A DNA stretch of 64,000 bases, taken from assembly GCA_965637545.1 (NCBI GenBank), contig OZ281494.1:16368001-16432000 (forward strand), given 5' to 3'. The notes below the pieces were generated by a model that searched no databases, had not been told where the DNA came from, and saw only the letters and a program-made list of their open reading frames with translations. The position numbers and the translations under genes are program-made. Positions 35,850-51,238 of the stretch are shown here, in pieces (the first letter of the stretch is position 1; each line of letters starts with the position of its first letter). This DNA comes from Phallusia mammillata (Eukaryota).

Positions 35850-37600
35850 TGTACCAGTTCTGTAAGTAACTTAGCACCTAAGCCTCTTATCCATATTCAT
35901 AACAAGGAAATGCAGTTCTAAATGATGCTGAAAATTTTGGCAGCCTCACTTATTCTTTAGTGCTACTACATGCGTCACCTTTGGGAAAGTATTGTTTCTC
36001 CTTCACGGAAGCATCGGTTTCACGACGTCATTAAATGATGAATCATTAAAATGTGGTGCGCCACTTTCATAAGAGTAGTGGCAACTTTTATCATAACACT
36101 TACTGTTTAAGAAACCTTTTATCTGATCCTCATACCGTTACAAGGAAAATAGGCATAAGGAATGCTCAAGATTTCGGCTGGGCTGCGACTTCAAACTTAC
36201 TTTCGCCCCCTTCTGGAAAGTTTTAGCACATGCTTGATGGCAATTTAGAATAAAACCAACTACTGTTAGTGACTACAATGTGCCTTAACATTTATTCTGG
36301 TAAGACAAATAATGTGTTCACTTATTTTCTTTACAAAACCCTCAGTTTTTATCTTGCGAAATAATAATAACAAAGGCAGAATATTTATGATTGCAACTAC
36401 TTTCTTTTGATTTGCTCTAAGAAACCGTACATCTATTTCTTAAAGCATCAACAACAAGGAAATGCAGTCAAGGGGAATGCCAAACATTTCGTTTGACCAT
36501 GTTTGGCGACGATGCAGCAATGTTTTGTGGTGCGTCATGTCATTGTCATTCATATCTTGAAGTAGACACAAGCGGAAAATGGTTTTAAGTTGGTACATAA
36601 ACATCTTACTTATAATCACACATTCCTGGTAAATTTGGAAACTAGACCCAACCGAAATTTAAAATAAAATTGACTACCAAGTTGGTGAAAAGCGTTTGGC
36701 TTGACAATAGCCATGACAATAAGTTGGAGTTCAAAAAGTTTATTTAACTTTTGGTAAAACTTGCTTTCAGACTACGCTAGAGGTATAGCAATTGTCAGAA
36801 TGACACGATTGTTGTTTCTACTATCTTTACGGCAAACTTTTTTTGCTTCTGATACCTTTCAGTAAACATTTTTAAGTCGTCTTCCTTTTTTTGTTTGTTT
36901 ATACTCTAAGATAGTTTTGAGGGATACATAAAACCTTTAAACGAAGCCAGTATCTTTAAATAAAGTTGACAAGTTTTAATGCGAGTAAAAAAATTGCAAC
37001 TGCTTGGTGGCGTTTTATAACAAATCATTTTCTGGCATTTCGGTACTCTGCTTAAGCGCAGACCACGAAGTCAATTTTTAAACTTCCAAGACATTGGCTA
37101 CCACACAATCTTCCACAACAGTTGTTAACCATTTCTTTTCACTGGCAATTTCCAAACATAAATTGTTTGATCTCTTTAGTAGCACAACACCTCCGAATGT
37201 GTATAAATTCAATTGTAAGTTATTGGTTGTTATTCGAATTTGATGCTGCCAAGATTTCATGTTAAACGTACTGAATTTTATTCACGTTATTTTACTTATG
37301 ACAAACAGTTGTTCAATTAATACAGATTCTTTGTTCCAAAAGAGTAAAACAGATATATTTTAAAAGTTGTTGATAACTTATTCTTTATTTTCATAATTTT
37401 AGTGCTGCTTATAATTATTAACAAATACAAATTCAAAACATAATTGTTTTGTCGTTTTGGCAATCATAATAATAAAACATGCTGACGTTTCGTTCAATTT
37501 CAAATTGAAGGAAAAGTTGTAGTAAAGTTATTTTTATTATTATTAAAGTTGTAGTAAAGTACATTTATGGATAAAATAGCGATGATAAAAAGCGTCACAC

Positions 37601-40600
37601 TTAATAATTTTCATACACAAAAACTTTGTTAGGTTCTTCGTAATGATGGCAGTAATCTGTAAAACAACATGTCGGTAATGGGTTCTGACGCATAAGCGTT
37701 ATACATGGTTTGGTTTTAATGGCGCAGCGTTTTACTTATGGTAAAGCTACTAACACCATATCCCACGGCAAACCAAAAAAATAAAAAGCTTTGGTAGGTG
37801 GCGCAAAGGGTTCAATTATTGATTACCAGCCAAACATGGGTGAAGATTTTAGGTTAGAAACTAAATGTTTAAAGTTAGTTTAATGCTAGTTAAATATTAA
37901 TATATGTAAACTGATTAACTATATGCGCTAGTATTTTTTGAGTAATATCATTTTAAATGTGTTTTAGTCGTCTTTGCACTACTTACCGAAATTAAGCAAA
38001 ATATGAGGCTGCCGCGATGTACGGTGATATTACAATTTTGGTACCTTAGCCAAAATTTGATCAGCTAAAAAATGTCACAGAGAGCGGAATAACCAAATTA
38101 TCAGTAAGAGAGCGGTTGGGAACTTATTTTATAGAAAATTTAAAAGTATGCTTACAAATAGGCGCAAGTGCTCTTTGCATTAAAACATATTGGTATTTAG
38201 TAAATTTGCACGATTTGGTGTTGTTGTATTTTCTTTACTAAAGGCACATATGTGACAAAACACCGCACAATTCGTAGGTATATACTTGTACCTTTGTTGT
38301 CTGGTGCTGTGTTAATATATTCAGGTTGCCTGATGTCGACAGTCTCATATCCATCATCCCCTACATACGAAAAATATTTTAAAAAGAATTATAGTTAAAA
38401 AGTAAAAACTATTAAAAAGTAAAGTCTACAACAATGAAATGCTGATGTTTAAAAAACAAATTGGGCAAAGTAAAAACGTTTTACAAAGGGTTGCTGTATG
38501 ATAAGTCAAGTAAGTTATATCGTTTTGGTAACGTACTTGTAATTTCTCATTTAGACCGGTAGGCCTATGTTTTGTGTACAAAACAAATCTGTGTTTTTTA
38601 ATTATTAAAACCAAATACTATTTACCTTGAACGGTTTGCGGTATTATGGTGGGAGTTACTTGATTTCTTTTTCTAAAACAGATGTTTGTAATCGTTGGCA
38701 GCTTGAGGCTATATTGTTCAAGTTTGTTACAATTGCATTAAAAAATTGCGGAAATACAGTTAAAAAATGAAAATTTGCTTACCTGGTCAATATACAAACA
38801 ACAACCAAAAGCAAAACGATCAGGACTAATCCAGCGACAGCACTTACTGCGTAAATGTACGCAGGCGTTTCTACAATAAATGTTTGAGATACTCTCAATG
38901 TTTTTGAGTTTCGATCCCGTAAAAAATATTTAGAAAGTTTTACCGGTAACGTTTTTGCTTCCCGAAATGTTGATGCCACAACTTCCTTGCATCAAACGTG
39001 CATTACTTTCTTCACCACACATGGTAATTGCGGATATCTATAAAATGTAAAGTACAAATGGGCTATGTTTGTTGAATTAACAAAAATTAAAAACTGTAGT
39101 TATTGAGCACTTGCCGCACAAAACGTATTAATAAAATAGAGTCGCCGCTTTTATTATACGAAATATAAAGTGGTAAGATTTTTGCATAGGTGGCAATTCA
39201 GGCCTTTGGCGCACGCACGTTCTAGCACCAAAGTGAAATTACGAAGCAACTGTGCCATAGCTGGAAAGACCAGCCAGAGCTTCTGGCAGTCAATGGTCGG
39301 TACACATTTTTGCATTGCGCAAAATGGCAATATTATCCTGCACTTCGGTATGTAGGCCCAAATCATATTCGGTGAAAAGTAGACGTGCCTCTTTCTTTCG
39401 TAACAGAAGAATGAAAAATATTGGGAAGGGTAAATACACAGGGTGTAACTGCTTTGTAGGAGAGAATTCTACCAACCGCTCGAAATGACCAGGGGTTAAA
39501 CTGCATTTTAAGATTTACCTCAAATGGTCTGTCAAACTTGTTCCCTTGTATCGTCAATTTAATTAAATGATGTGGAATGTAAGGCATCACCATTGAGTCA
39601 TTTGTTCCATTCCCTTGTGAAATGCCGTAAATCTAGAAAGTCAAAAGTTAGTTGACAAGATTAGACATAAAATGTCGTGTTATGCCGTTGACTTATTGTA
39701 CCTAATTTAAATGTTCTAAACATTAGGCTACATGCAGCGGCTGTGTCACATTTCAACAGTTGTCTTTTTTTTGTTTCATGGGAGTCAAACAGTAAAATAA
39801 TCTATCTTTTTCTGTAGTTAAATTTCAGACAAACTGCATTTACTTCATTCTGAGTTTTATTACCCTGAAATGGGAAACCGAAGCAAGCTGCATCTCGTCG
39901 TGATTAAGAATCTCAAGTGAACAATTTCCGATTTTGGATACTTTAGCCAAAACAAATGGAGGCGGCCTTTTTCGCTTGATTGTTTTCCCGGGTATAGTGT
40001 TTGATCGTATTTCAGTACAAGCGTCCAAACGCAAAATTGCCTGAAAAATATTTTTTTTGTACTGATGCTAATTTTGTAAACAATTTGTTTTGCAATAGAC
40101 ACGCGCCGCGTAGGCCTACCGTTATATTGTATTGTTTTCCTGGTGACAAACTTGCCAAACCTGCACGAAAATTGTTGTAAGGTTGAGTAAAGGCCCCGTA
40201 CGAAGTCGTATCTTCCGCAGCTCTGATCTGTGACAGAAAAGTTAAATTTATTTACATTGCAACTCATGTTACACCAAACTTGTCTCGAAAGGTTCAAGCT
40301 TATAAACAAATTCGGCAAATTTGGTCTAACAAAAATACCCGGCAGAATGGAACTATGTACGTATTATATGCATGTAAACTCGTTTCTGACATTGTTGATA
40401 TTGGGTAATGCATAAACTGTAACAATCATAAAAATTGCAGACCCATTGCTCGATTTTCGTAGAGAAGATGATGAACGTTGTATAAAATCGCTTGTGTATA
40501 AACCTAGTAGTGGGACGAGATGTAATCGAAAGTTAACTTTACCTCAACCCTGGAGCTCTTGTTTCCTGGAAACATGAAGTGGTTCCATTTGATTAGAACA

Positions 40601-43390
40601 GTTTCCGGGTTACATTTTGTCGACGTTGCATTAATTGTGACTGGGGACAGATAAGATTTGAAAGTTTTTGTGGTCTTTACAGCATGGTTCACTTTTAAAA
40701 AGGCTGGTTCCTTTATGTCAGGGATGGGCAACCTTTGTCACTGTGGGGCCAAATACAATTGCCAAAATTAGATCGCGGGCCCCACCTTTATATAACACAA
40801 GGTGATTTTACTTCGTTGCATACTAAAAATGCCTTACTACAAGTAAAATTCGCATTTGATTCTAGCAGCATATTGTCTGGTCGCAGAAAAATAGCACCGG
40901 GCGCACTAATCTGCTCAGAAAATATAACAATTGGACTCCTTTGCCAGTACATTTGAAACCAAAAAGTGTCTCTGCGGGCCGCACAACTTTAAACAATTGA
41001 CCGCAGGTTGCCCACCCCTGCTTTATGTTGTCCGTTAAAAATCCGTCATATTTCGCATGATTGCGCTATACTCTAAATTTACCAAAAACTCTTGAAATAT
41101 TTTCACTTTAGTTGGTTTGTGACAAGGCAACGTTTAGGGAAGAATGACTTACATTGTACTTGACAAACGTAGTAAGCTAATTTGCCATTGCAAGGGATGC
41201 TTTCCATTTTCCAGGTGCTCCCATAGTGAAGCACTGCTTGCTGGCAGCCGTTCTGCTTGGCCGGTATCGCCAAATAAGCACGAGATGTGTTACTCCAGCG
41301 CCAATTCTTTGTTTGTACATTGTACCTTGCTCCGAATATGACGTTGACCACTGCGAAATAAAAGTTTTATAAAACATGGGCTCACTGGGCAACCGGACAT
41401 TTTGTAAAAAAAACTTGAATTTACATATGTGTCATATTTAAAAAAAAGATTTTGCCTAATTGTTATATTAAGTTGGTTAACAATGTTTGGTTCTATTACC
41501 TGGAGTTAGAAATGGCAGAACAAGAGCGTCCTTTACAAATGTCTCGTTTACAGCTTTCCTGTAAAGTCGTGTGGAGTAGTCTTTTTGAGGTACGACATAA
41601 AGTTTCTCGACGTATTTGTTCTCCTGTGTTGCCCCGTACATACTGAAGTCTTGTTTCCAACCTTGAAGACGGCAATTGGTGTTTTATGAATTTTACTACA
41701 ATACGTGCTATCAATTTTAGAACACTGCAATACGCACCAAAATCGCAACTTGTGCCGACAAAAATTGCAAATTTTTCATATTTTTCATGACAAAAGGAAA
41801 TCCGAATGCGACCTTTTGCCCATCTGCGTTCAAAATATGATATCAGATTGCAACAGCAGCCCAAGAGCTAATTAGGGTAATGCAGATTGTTCGAGAAAAT
41901 GTTCAAATTAGTGTTGGTTAAGTGTTACCGAAAATCTACAACATCACACGGCGGCTCATATTTCGCAAAATTTCGATAGGTGGCGCGAAAGCACAAATAC
42001 TTATTTAAAACAATATATTTCTAAAACTGCAGACGATTAGAGGTATTATGGTTAAGGAAGGCTATTATCATTAATAAATTCAATGAAACCAACTTTAAAA
42101 CTTAGTTTCTTCAATTTGTTAAAAACTCAATTTTGTTAAAAACTATCCCTAACCCTACCTCTGTTTGGGTGAAAAATAAATAATTTCGTTCTTACAGAAA
42201 GTTTTGTTTTGTATCACTTAAAACCAGCTTTCATAGGGTAAAAATAATAATAAAGGATCAAAACTTATTTTACCAACAACTAAGCAAAAAGGTTTACGTT
42301 TTGAAAAGTTTAAAAGAGGCAATATCCGACGAGTTAGTTACTCTGCTCCACTGCGAAACGTGAGACAGACGAGAAAAACGGTAGCTTCCCTTCGAATTGT
42401 GATATACGTAAACAGTTTGAATTTCTGCATGAAAATATGTTTTTAGTCATACTTGTCTAAAATGTTAACAATCAGTAATGCACAGAGCCCCTTTAAAACG
42501 ATAAAGAACATTCGCCTAAAAGAATTAAAACATTTCAGCGAAATTTGTCATAGATCCATTGTGGTTGGTTTCGCCCCGATTCGCAGAATATTTAGGCCAA
42601 ACATATCATTCTGCAGTTACCACAAAACAAAGCGCGCCACATCTACACTAAAAAGAACTATGGCATGTTTGCGCACCAATTTTAATATAAACGCCACTGT
42701 TTTCTAAACGGCAGCGACATTTCATTAATTCTTATTAAAACACTGAAAGAAAGTTTAAAATCGGCCAAGTCTTGCTAATGCTTAAAAAAGTGACATTGTC
42801 AAATCCTAGTATAATTTACCTTGGGCGTATTTCAAATTGCTGGCACGCACGACTGCCTGAGTAATTGAACGGTTATCCAAGAATGCTAAACTGCCGTTCA
42901 TATTGGAGCATTTCTTTTCAGCTGTTAAAGCATCGCTCATGAAATCTGATAGAACAAAAAGCCTGTTCCCGATTGAAGTGATCCCTCGACTACAGCCAGA
43001 AGCCATTGTTTGGGCTGCAAAAAAATCAACATTATCATCATCTTTAAATTCCTTCAGTTTTACGCGAAACCAAGTAAAACAATATTTTCTTAACAACGTT
43101 TATAATGAGTTTTGGTAGTGTTTATTTTGATCGGCAGTAGATGTCGTAGCAAAGACTTGCACTCAAAAGCAATTAAAACTTAAAAATGGCGTTCCGCAAA
43201 GAACACGGTTTAAAAATCCGACTGTTTTTAACATCCCGAGTCATAGTAACGACTCGCAAAACTTTAGGATATCCTCTTTAAGGAAACTTACGTTTAGCTT
43301 GATAAAAATCTGACATTTATACTCACCTAAAACAACTCGTCGACTAAAACATGCCAGAAACAGAAATGTGCATCTGAATATAAATTGCAT
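37601..43390 (-). CDS. Gene X2: intact duplicate of X1
   Basis: Same 15 exons. Differences from X1 include synonymous changes in exon 5 (GAT/GAC, TAT TCA/TAC TCC), and the indels I checked fall in introns, supporting the chosen frame. Confidence 0.8.
40719..41020. mobile_element. hAT MITE, same insertion as 6345-6646
   Basis: Same TIRs (one mismatch) and CTTTATGT TSD. Confidence 0.9.
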
Positions 43391-44128
43391 GTTGACTTCT
43401 GTAGCTAAATTTCTGTTCACTCCTTCATTCTACTTCAATCAAAAGTAAACTCTCTACTGGCTTACAAAGTTCTTAATTTTAGTTTGTTCGTAATTTTTCA
43501 TTACAGACTTCGCGCTACAAGGCGTAAACCATCGTGTGCTGTGTCATAATGACGTCACACGAACGAAACTTGCACATACCAGGGAACCATGTACGTTTCA
43601 ACAAATTATTTGTACAAAACGTGCCATTCTGTGCATTAAAAACATCATCATCAAAAATCTGCTTTAAAACAATAATTCTCACAAAAAATATATCGATGAA
43701 GCAAAGAAATATTCATGAAGACGGAAACGGAGACACAATGCCAAAACGTGATAAATCGCAAAAAGTAATTAAGGGTACAGTGTGTGATTCAAGGGCAAAT
43801 AGTTTGTAGCCATGCCATCGTAAGATAACGTTATATGACGAGAGTTTCACATTGATGCAAGGACGGAAAGAGAGTACATTGACAGATCTGGTCGGGCTAT
43901 GGTAAACCAACCGGTCGAGAAAATGTGTTTTGCGTCATATCGAATGTGGCGTAACCGCGTAAACAAAACTTGCACGTTGCAGAAAATCATGAGCTTACTA
44001 ATAAATGTTCGTTGTTTAATTTTCCAATAGCATATATATATATACATCAAACTTTCACCACAAAACAACGCACAAAGCGAAAATAGAATAACACAGTCAG
44101 ACCACGTTTGGGATTTTCTGCCACATCC

Positions 44129-47100
44129 TTATCGGTAGTTCGCGTATAAGTCGAATGAAGAAAGATAGCCCAAAACGACACGATAACAATACTTGTACAA
44201 GTTCTGCAAAACGACACATTATTCTGTAATTATCTGACTCTCAGTTTTCATGTTGTATACTTAATATGATTATTTGCTAACATACCTCATTGTCCACCAT
44301 TTTTGGTCTCATATCCCTCAAGTCCTTCACTGTTCTGAACACATCCACTCTGTTCTCAGTCTTCAAGCGTTCAAGAATATTCACAAGTGCAATGAAGGTT
44401 CCTGTCCGGGTACATCCGTTGCTGCAAGAAGTTGGTTTTTAGATTTGAATAAAATGAACTTTGTTTTGACTTCTTAGTATTTACCTGCAGCACGCTAGTA
44501 TACTGCCTTCTTGTCGTGAGGGGTTTGTTGCCAAAGTCAAGTTTATTATTTCTATCATAGTGGAATCGCTGGGAGGCAACTCATCTTTCATCCAACCGGT
44601 AACTTGGATCATAATCAATTTTGAAACACCCTGTTGACAAATGGATTTAATAGCAAAATATAACAATTAGTGTTCAAAACTATTTGTTATGCAATAATAG
44701 AAATTGCAAATTCCAGTAATCTCTTGTTTTTGAATACTGTTATTGTAAGCATGCTACGCCAAAAGTTGGCATGCCTTGCGAGGGCCAGAGATCTATTTGT
44801 GTTTGGGGTTGTTTAATAATGTACTGTTTACGTACCAAATGTTTTAATTTGGATGAAACTGTCACTGGTACAACTTGATAACCGTTGTAGCTTTTTGATT
44901 TTCCCGAGGCCACTTGTATCTCTCCATACTGTGTAACTTTGCCATCTCTTGCAACCTGTACGTAAACACCAAACAACTAATAGGAAATTGCGCTTCTAAA
45001 GAGTTTGTTTACCCTTTGATTGCTTCCTAGTGAAACGATGACTGATAGATTTTTGTTCAATACAATCATCCAAAACTCTTCATCATTGACGCCAGGCTGG
45101 TAAGATGCAGAAATGAAACTCTTTGAACAACCAAGATCCTGAAAGGAAACGGCGGAAATTTTGATTGACGAGCATCAAACGAAAGTTTACAGAGAAACTT
45201 TGAGCATCAAGCGAATGTTCACACAAAACACAATGGTGTAAATAAAGATCTCATCTAAACTTAAACAAGCTACTTTCGACCAAAATACGTACACCACTTA
45301 TATAGCTGAGTTCACAAGTTGCTTGGTAAGTCGTGGGCCATTAGTAAGGCATTGTAATGAATGTCGATTGGTTTTGAGTGTAACCATAACGTGTGGCCAT
45401 AAATTTTCCCTTAAAAACATACAAAACAATTCGTTTATTCACAGTTCTACTAACCTGAATATACGAACTGGTTGCCATCGTTTCCCCACTGCTTCCTGTT
45501 TTACCTGCAACAGGTTACATTAGTAAGCCCTTTAACGAACGCGTCGAATTCAATATTATTTGTCTACCTTTGTTACTGGCGTCACTGCTGTATTGCCAAG
45601 AATCTAGCTGATTGTGCTCTTCTTTTGCTATTTTATTCCTAACAGCAAAGTCAGGTTATTTAAAAAGCCAGTTAATGTCGTATATAGCTACTTACAGTTG
45701 ATCAGTATTAAAGCTTTGCAATTCCGCAGCCGATCTGTCGCTGTTCGGGAGTGATATATGTTCGACAATAAGTTTGTGAATGAAGACAAATTGTTCCTGA
45801 GAGCAAAATAAATTTAGTTTCAAATTTGATTGCACCCTTTACTTAACAATGTATTTGTTTGATTTTACTAACCCACGATTGAACCATATCAGTTCTGTTC
45901 CTTCTCATTGCTAAAACTGTATTTGGAACATTAACTTCCCTATTGGCATCAAGTTGGTCAAAAAGAACGTCCATTGCAATGAAAGTTCCAGTGCGACCAA
46001 CCCCAGCACTGGAAATTAAAGCGAAACAATAACCTAACGTCCAAAATAAGTTAAAATGTTTTACAAACCTGCAATGAACGACAATCGGATGAATTCTATC
46101 GTGAATTTTCTCCACCATTTCACGCAAGTATATCATTGTGGACGTTGTTACCGGGATTCCGTGGTCTGGCCAAGATATGTACTGCAGCTGAACTACGGTG
46201 CGTTCCTGCTACACAAGCCAAGTTCGTGGAAAACTCCAGGCTAACAGGTGAGCAAATCCATACCTTTTTCTTGTCTGTTAGGATGAATTTTCGCTGGATA
46301 ATACCACTGAGTTTGTTTTCTTCTGTAGTGCGCAACATGAGATTGCCGTGTTGTTCCGCCTCGCCATGGTCTGGCCAGTATTTCTCGCATTTTTTCTAAA
46401 CAGAAATCAACTCGACAAATATGGGTAGAACAAAGCTTTGTGGCTTTAGGTTCTTGTTTTACAGCATTTCTCCGAAAAAAAAAAAAACACGTAAACAAGC
46501 AATCTTTAGTAGGCTATGTTTATTTCACATACTTATGCTTGTTATACGAAACGTGTAGCAAGTAAGTTAAGATAATTATATGTGTCTCTATACCTTTTCC
46601 TTTTCCTTTAATCCTGTAAGCATAACGATGATCGATGTGTTTTGTTCCCAAATCATCAGCCAAAAGTCATCGATGGTGCAATTTCTTGGTCCTTGTGTGG
46701 CGATAAACTTGTTTGGCTGGTCACAACCCTGTTAGGAAAGTTTAGGATGCAAATAAAAATTAGCCTATACTTAAAGTTAATGCATTGATTACTCACCTCA
46801 AGAAAAGAGGCATTTATATAGTCATTTTCAGGTGCAGTTTTCAGCATAACTCTAGCATGATCATCTACAAACAATAACAAAATTTAATCGTTTGTTTGTG
46901 AGAGCTTTTTAACAAAAGTTATCATAAGTTTTGCCTTTTTGACAAAGCAATTAATATTTATCAAATTAATGTTTAAATTGCACAAATTAAAGATGACCAA
47001 ATTTCATACGATACTTCATTCAGTGGCCCTTTAGTATCGAGTTAAGCCATCCATAGCTCAGTGTTCTGTGCACACGTTCAAATTTGACTAATTTCCAAAT

Positions 47101-50100
47101 AACCAAACACTATGTATAGTATACAACAACCTGCTTTTTTGATACTTGCGCTTGCATGCATTGCACGTTGTTGTAGCCTGACTTACAAGGAAATATATTT
47201 TTGTATCTGTTTCTTGCAGCGTTTGTTTCGAGTCTAGCCACCGCGTTCACTTTGCTTGCATCTGTTCCGTGCTTAGACAGTTTCTGAAATGTTCCAAGAA
47301 AAGTTAAATACACGAAAACAACAGATCAATCGTACACGGAAGTGTTTTGCCTTACGTATACATGCAAGCAACTATAGTTATCGCTATAGCGAACCATTCT
47401 AACCTTGCTGTAACAAACTTCATATTTTCGTACTGTTTCTGTGTATGTTTGGTAAGAAGGAAATACCTTACCTGCGGTTTTTAAAGTGGAAAAAACCAGA
47501 ATAAACACATCGGAACAGTTTCGATTTTTAGACAGATTGCAAATGAAATAAAACATTGTTTCCAGTGTTACCTCAAATTCTTGACGGAATGCAGCATAGT
47601 TGTTGTCGCACTTTTTAAAGTAAATTCGTTGAAGGTTTTTCTTTGGCGTTGAAGAACTGTTTCCGATATTTTGATAGGGAGAAACATTATCATATTTCTT
47701 TGCCTCTAAATAAACAAGACAGAGCAAAGATGTGTCATCTTTTTTTGCTAAAATCGTTATGTTAACTCTTTTGCTAAAATTATTCATTTTAATGTCCCAC
47801 CTGAATCAGGTGATGCGTTTTGCCCGAGTATTTCATTTGAAGAATCTCGGTTCTAAAAAACAATACACATTATAAACGTCAAACGCAGGCAAGACTTTAA
47901 GCCGAGATATAACTTTACATTTGATGCCACAGCTGTGCTTGTAGTTGCCACTGTCACACGACCTTCAGCAGTTTCCGAATCTTAGAAAAACAAACAAGTG
48001 TTAATCTTTAAATAGGTAACTTAGCACCGCAACAACTATTTCCATACCGTTTGTTTGAAAAGTGGCTCCCACTGAACTAGTTTTGTCCTTTTTGCACCTA
48101 AAACGCATTTAGTAATTCTATAATTTTAGTAGGTATGTTTTACATAGATTTTAAATATAAGTTGACCACATAAAGTATCGGTTTGTTTTTATAATTTAAA
48201 ATAAGTTACCTTTTCCAAATAATAATCACCAAGACCAGCACAAGAATGAGAGCGATGGCACCTCCAACGGCACCTGCAATTATTCCGATGGGTGCTTCAC
48301 CGCTTTCTTGCGATATTAATTCTGATTTATTATGAAATATTGTTAGTGTTTGCAAGATCAAAAAACGCTAGAAATTATTCAGTTACCAGTATTTCCTTTA
48401 CTTTGATTGTTTGTTATAGTTTGAACAGTTGTTGGTTGGATTAAAATGCAAGAACCAACTTCAACAGGACCAATGACACGTTTGCAATGCATCACGTACA
48501 ACTGAAGCCAAATGCATAGATTTAGTTACAATTACCGTAATAGGAAGTTTTATATGTTTACCTGAAATGTGTAGGTGTAAGGTTCAAGTCCAGTCAGATT
48601 AAGTATTGTGTGTCCACTTGAAACATTTTGTGTTGCTATAGGCCTAGTACCGTTTTTACCAATGCGATTGAATCTTACCTGAAAAATATAAACAATTTTG
48701 TATCGCCCATCTCTAACCACTTTTGGAATCAAAAAATTTCAAACACAAATGCATGATACAAAAAATTAGTTTTGCTTAGAACCATTCTAATAAATTAATT
48801 GGGAATGTATCAAATCTGAAAATATGTTTAAATGTATACGGCAAACTAAACCTGGTAACCATTGACTCCTTTACGATTATTTGAGGATGGAATGTAAAGG
48901 GTACAAGGAGCATTTTTTGTTATATTGGCATCAACCACCGATACAGGCGAAGAGGTTTTCACTGTCGTTTGGGCAACAACTGTTTCGCATCCTGCAACTT
49001 GCGATGTGAGCTGTCGTAAACAAATACCAATAAAAAATATTGTATGAAATATACGATGAAGTTCTGTTTGAAAATAGGTTTAGGTATTTGCACCACTTTG
49101 ATAAACTTCTGAAGATATGTGGTATACCTCAATTTGGTAAATTGTGTTGTATTGTAATCCTCCGATTGAAGTTGATGCTGCATTCGTTACAGTCGAGTGA
49201 TTGGTAGAGACAGCTTTCAACTGTAAGTAAAACAATTGATAAGTAAAAGAGCAGATAAAGTAGTTTTAAAGAATAAAATGTAAGAGAAATAATTTACCTG
49301 CATTGGAGTGTTGCTACCTGCATTGGAGTGTTGTTGTTTCAACGGAACATAGTTGGTTGTCCAGTTTACTCGAATGGTGTCAGGGTTGCAAGTGGAAGGG
49401 CGGGCGCTAACTGTAACTGAAAACAAGCAAATTTATTAAAATAACGCTAAAAAATAACGCAAAGTTGAGTTATAACTGTCACCAGCTGCACTGATAATAA
49501 CTTATATGGAGGATACGGTGTGTACTGTCTAAAGCAGTTTTTTTTTAGATAACTATTAATTGAGAAAACAGTATTTAAGAATTGAAGATACATAAAACAA
49601 ATTAGCTTACTGTAACTTACAACTATCGATTAATTATTCTTCTTGAAAACAAACACTAGGCAGAAGATTTTTTCGCTTTCACGCCTCCTATATGACAGCG
49701 CTTACCAAACTTAATTTGGTATATGTAGTGCAACTTTATGTGGAATGTATATATGGGATGTATTGTTTTCAACTCAAATGACAAAAGAAGGCGCTGGTTG
49801 CGCATAATCGCAATGTTATCTTGTCTATGACGTAACACATTCTCCTTAGATTACATTAGATAGATGTCATTTACGCTGCATGCATATTGCTGTAGCAATT
49901 AACCTAGGTTTTGACTGCTAACGGAAACTTTCGTATTGGTAAGTGAATCTGATTGCCCACCTATGCTTAATAGGCAAGACCTTTTGTACAAAGTGATAAT
50001 CTCATAGGGGGGCGATTTTTATTCAGAGTACCTAAAGGGCTAAAGCGATTCGAAAAAAAGGCCACTGTTTTACAGCGTAGGTAAGTATTATATTTAATAT

Positions 50101-51238
50101 CACGGTTCTTTGTAACTTACATTCAAACTGACATGCATAATACCCATATACACCAGTACATTTCTTTGTAGTATCTGTCCAAGCTTGTTTATATTGCAGT
50201 GCGCTTTGCGTACGACGCGCTAATCCGGACTGGTTTGCTGGATAAGTGTCCACAAAAACTCTAAAAACTAATATAAAAACATTTTTTTTTATTTAACATT
50301 TTTTTAATTTATGACTAAAGATTTTCAACAAAACAATTCACCAAAACTCTGAGATATTTTCTGACCTTAAACTTACCAGGTAAGAACAAAGATTCCCATC
50401 TTCTATGGTACGGCATCGAATTGTTGTCTTCGGTTTTTAATATCGAAGAATGATCGGCTGCTCGGTAATTAAAAACTTCCTTAAATTTTGTTACATCATT
50501 CCATGTACCGCCATACAAAACAAAGCCCTGAGTCCAACCTGGCCCAGAAATTCTTTGTTGCAAAAATAGGCGGTTTTCATAACGTGTTATAATTTACCTC
50601 CTTCATTGCATGTTGTTTTTGATGTTATCCACCACTTTTTATTTTTTATCTCGTCTATGGTTCTGCAAAATCTTATCGGCTTCAATCCCGCACCTCTTCT
50701 GTGAGAGTTATAACACATTATGATGTTTGTAGTAATTTAACAGCTATTTGCGTACGTTATATACAAATGAATAACTTTTGTAAAGTTCTGGGGTTGTGTG
50801 GTAAAATATCCCAGTTTTGCTCCACCAATGTTTGATACCCATACTTTCTGTACATCTACAAATAATCAAAAGCAACTTACAAATTCCTTGTTAATAATGA
50901 CAACAATCTGATTTTAGCTAATCATGCGTTTACACCAACCTCCCAAGTACATTTTAGTCGCAGAACTAATAAGGTTTTCACGAACGGTTTGATTGGAAAT
51001 GTTGGCAATTCGACCTCCATTTGTAGCACAAGTTAATTTTGCTGTGTTACCATCGACTACTTCACTCGACAACTGAAAAACTTGATTTCCCACATTGAAG
51101 GCGGAGGTACAAGTTTCTGGTAAAAAAAACAATTGATTGAAAGTGAAGTTTGCCAAAACCCTGTTCGTTTTAATCCTTACCTTGAGTGTTAACTCCGTAA
51201 AACAATAACATTAACAACAAAAGCACAATTATTTCCAT
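44129..51238 (-). CDS. Gene P2: receptor-type protein tyrosine phosphatase, paralog of P1
   Basis: Signal [20 protein letters not shown]; same exon set; RNRY, WPDHG and [11 protein letters not shown] intact; D2 [11 protein letters not shown]; same C-terminus. Confidence 0.92.
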
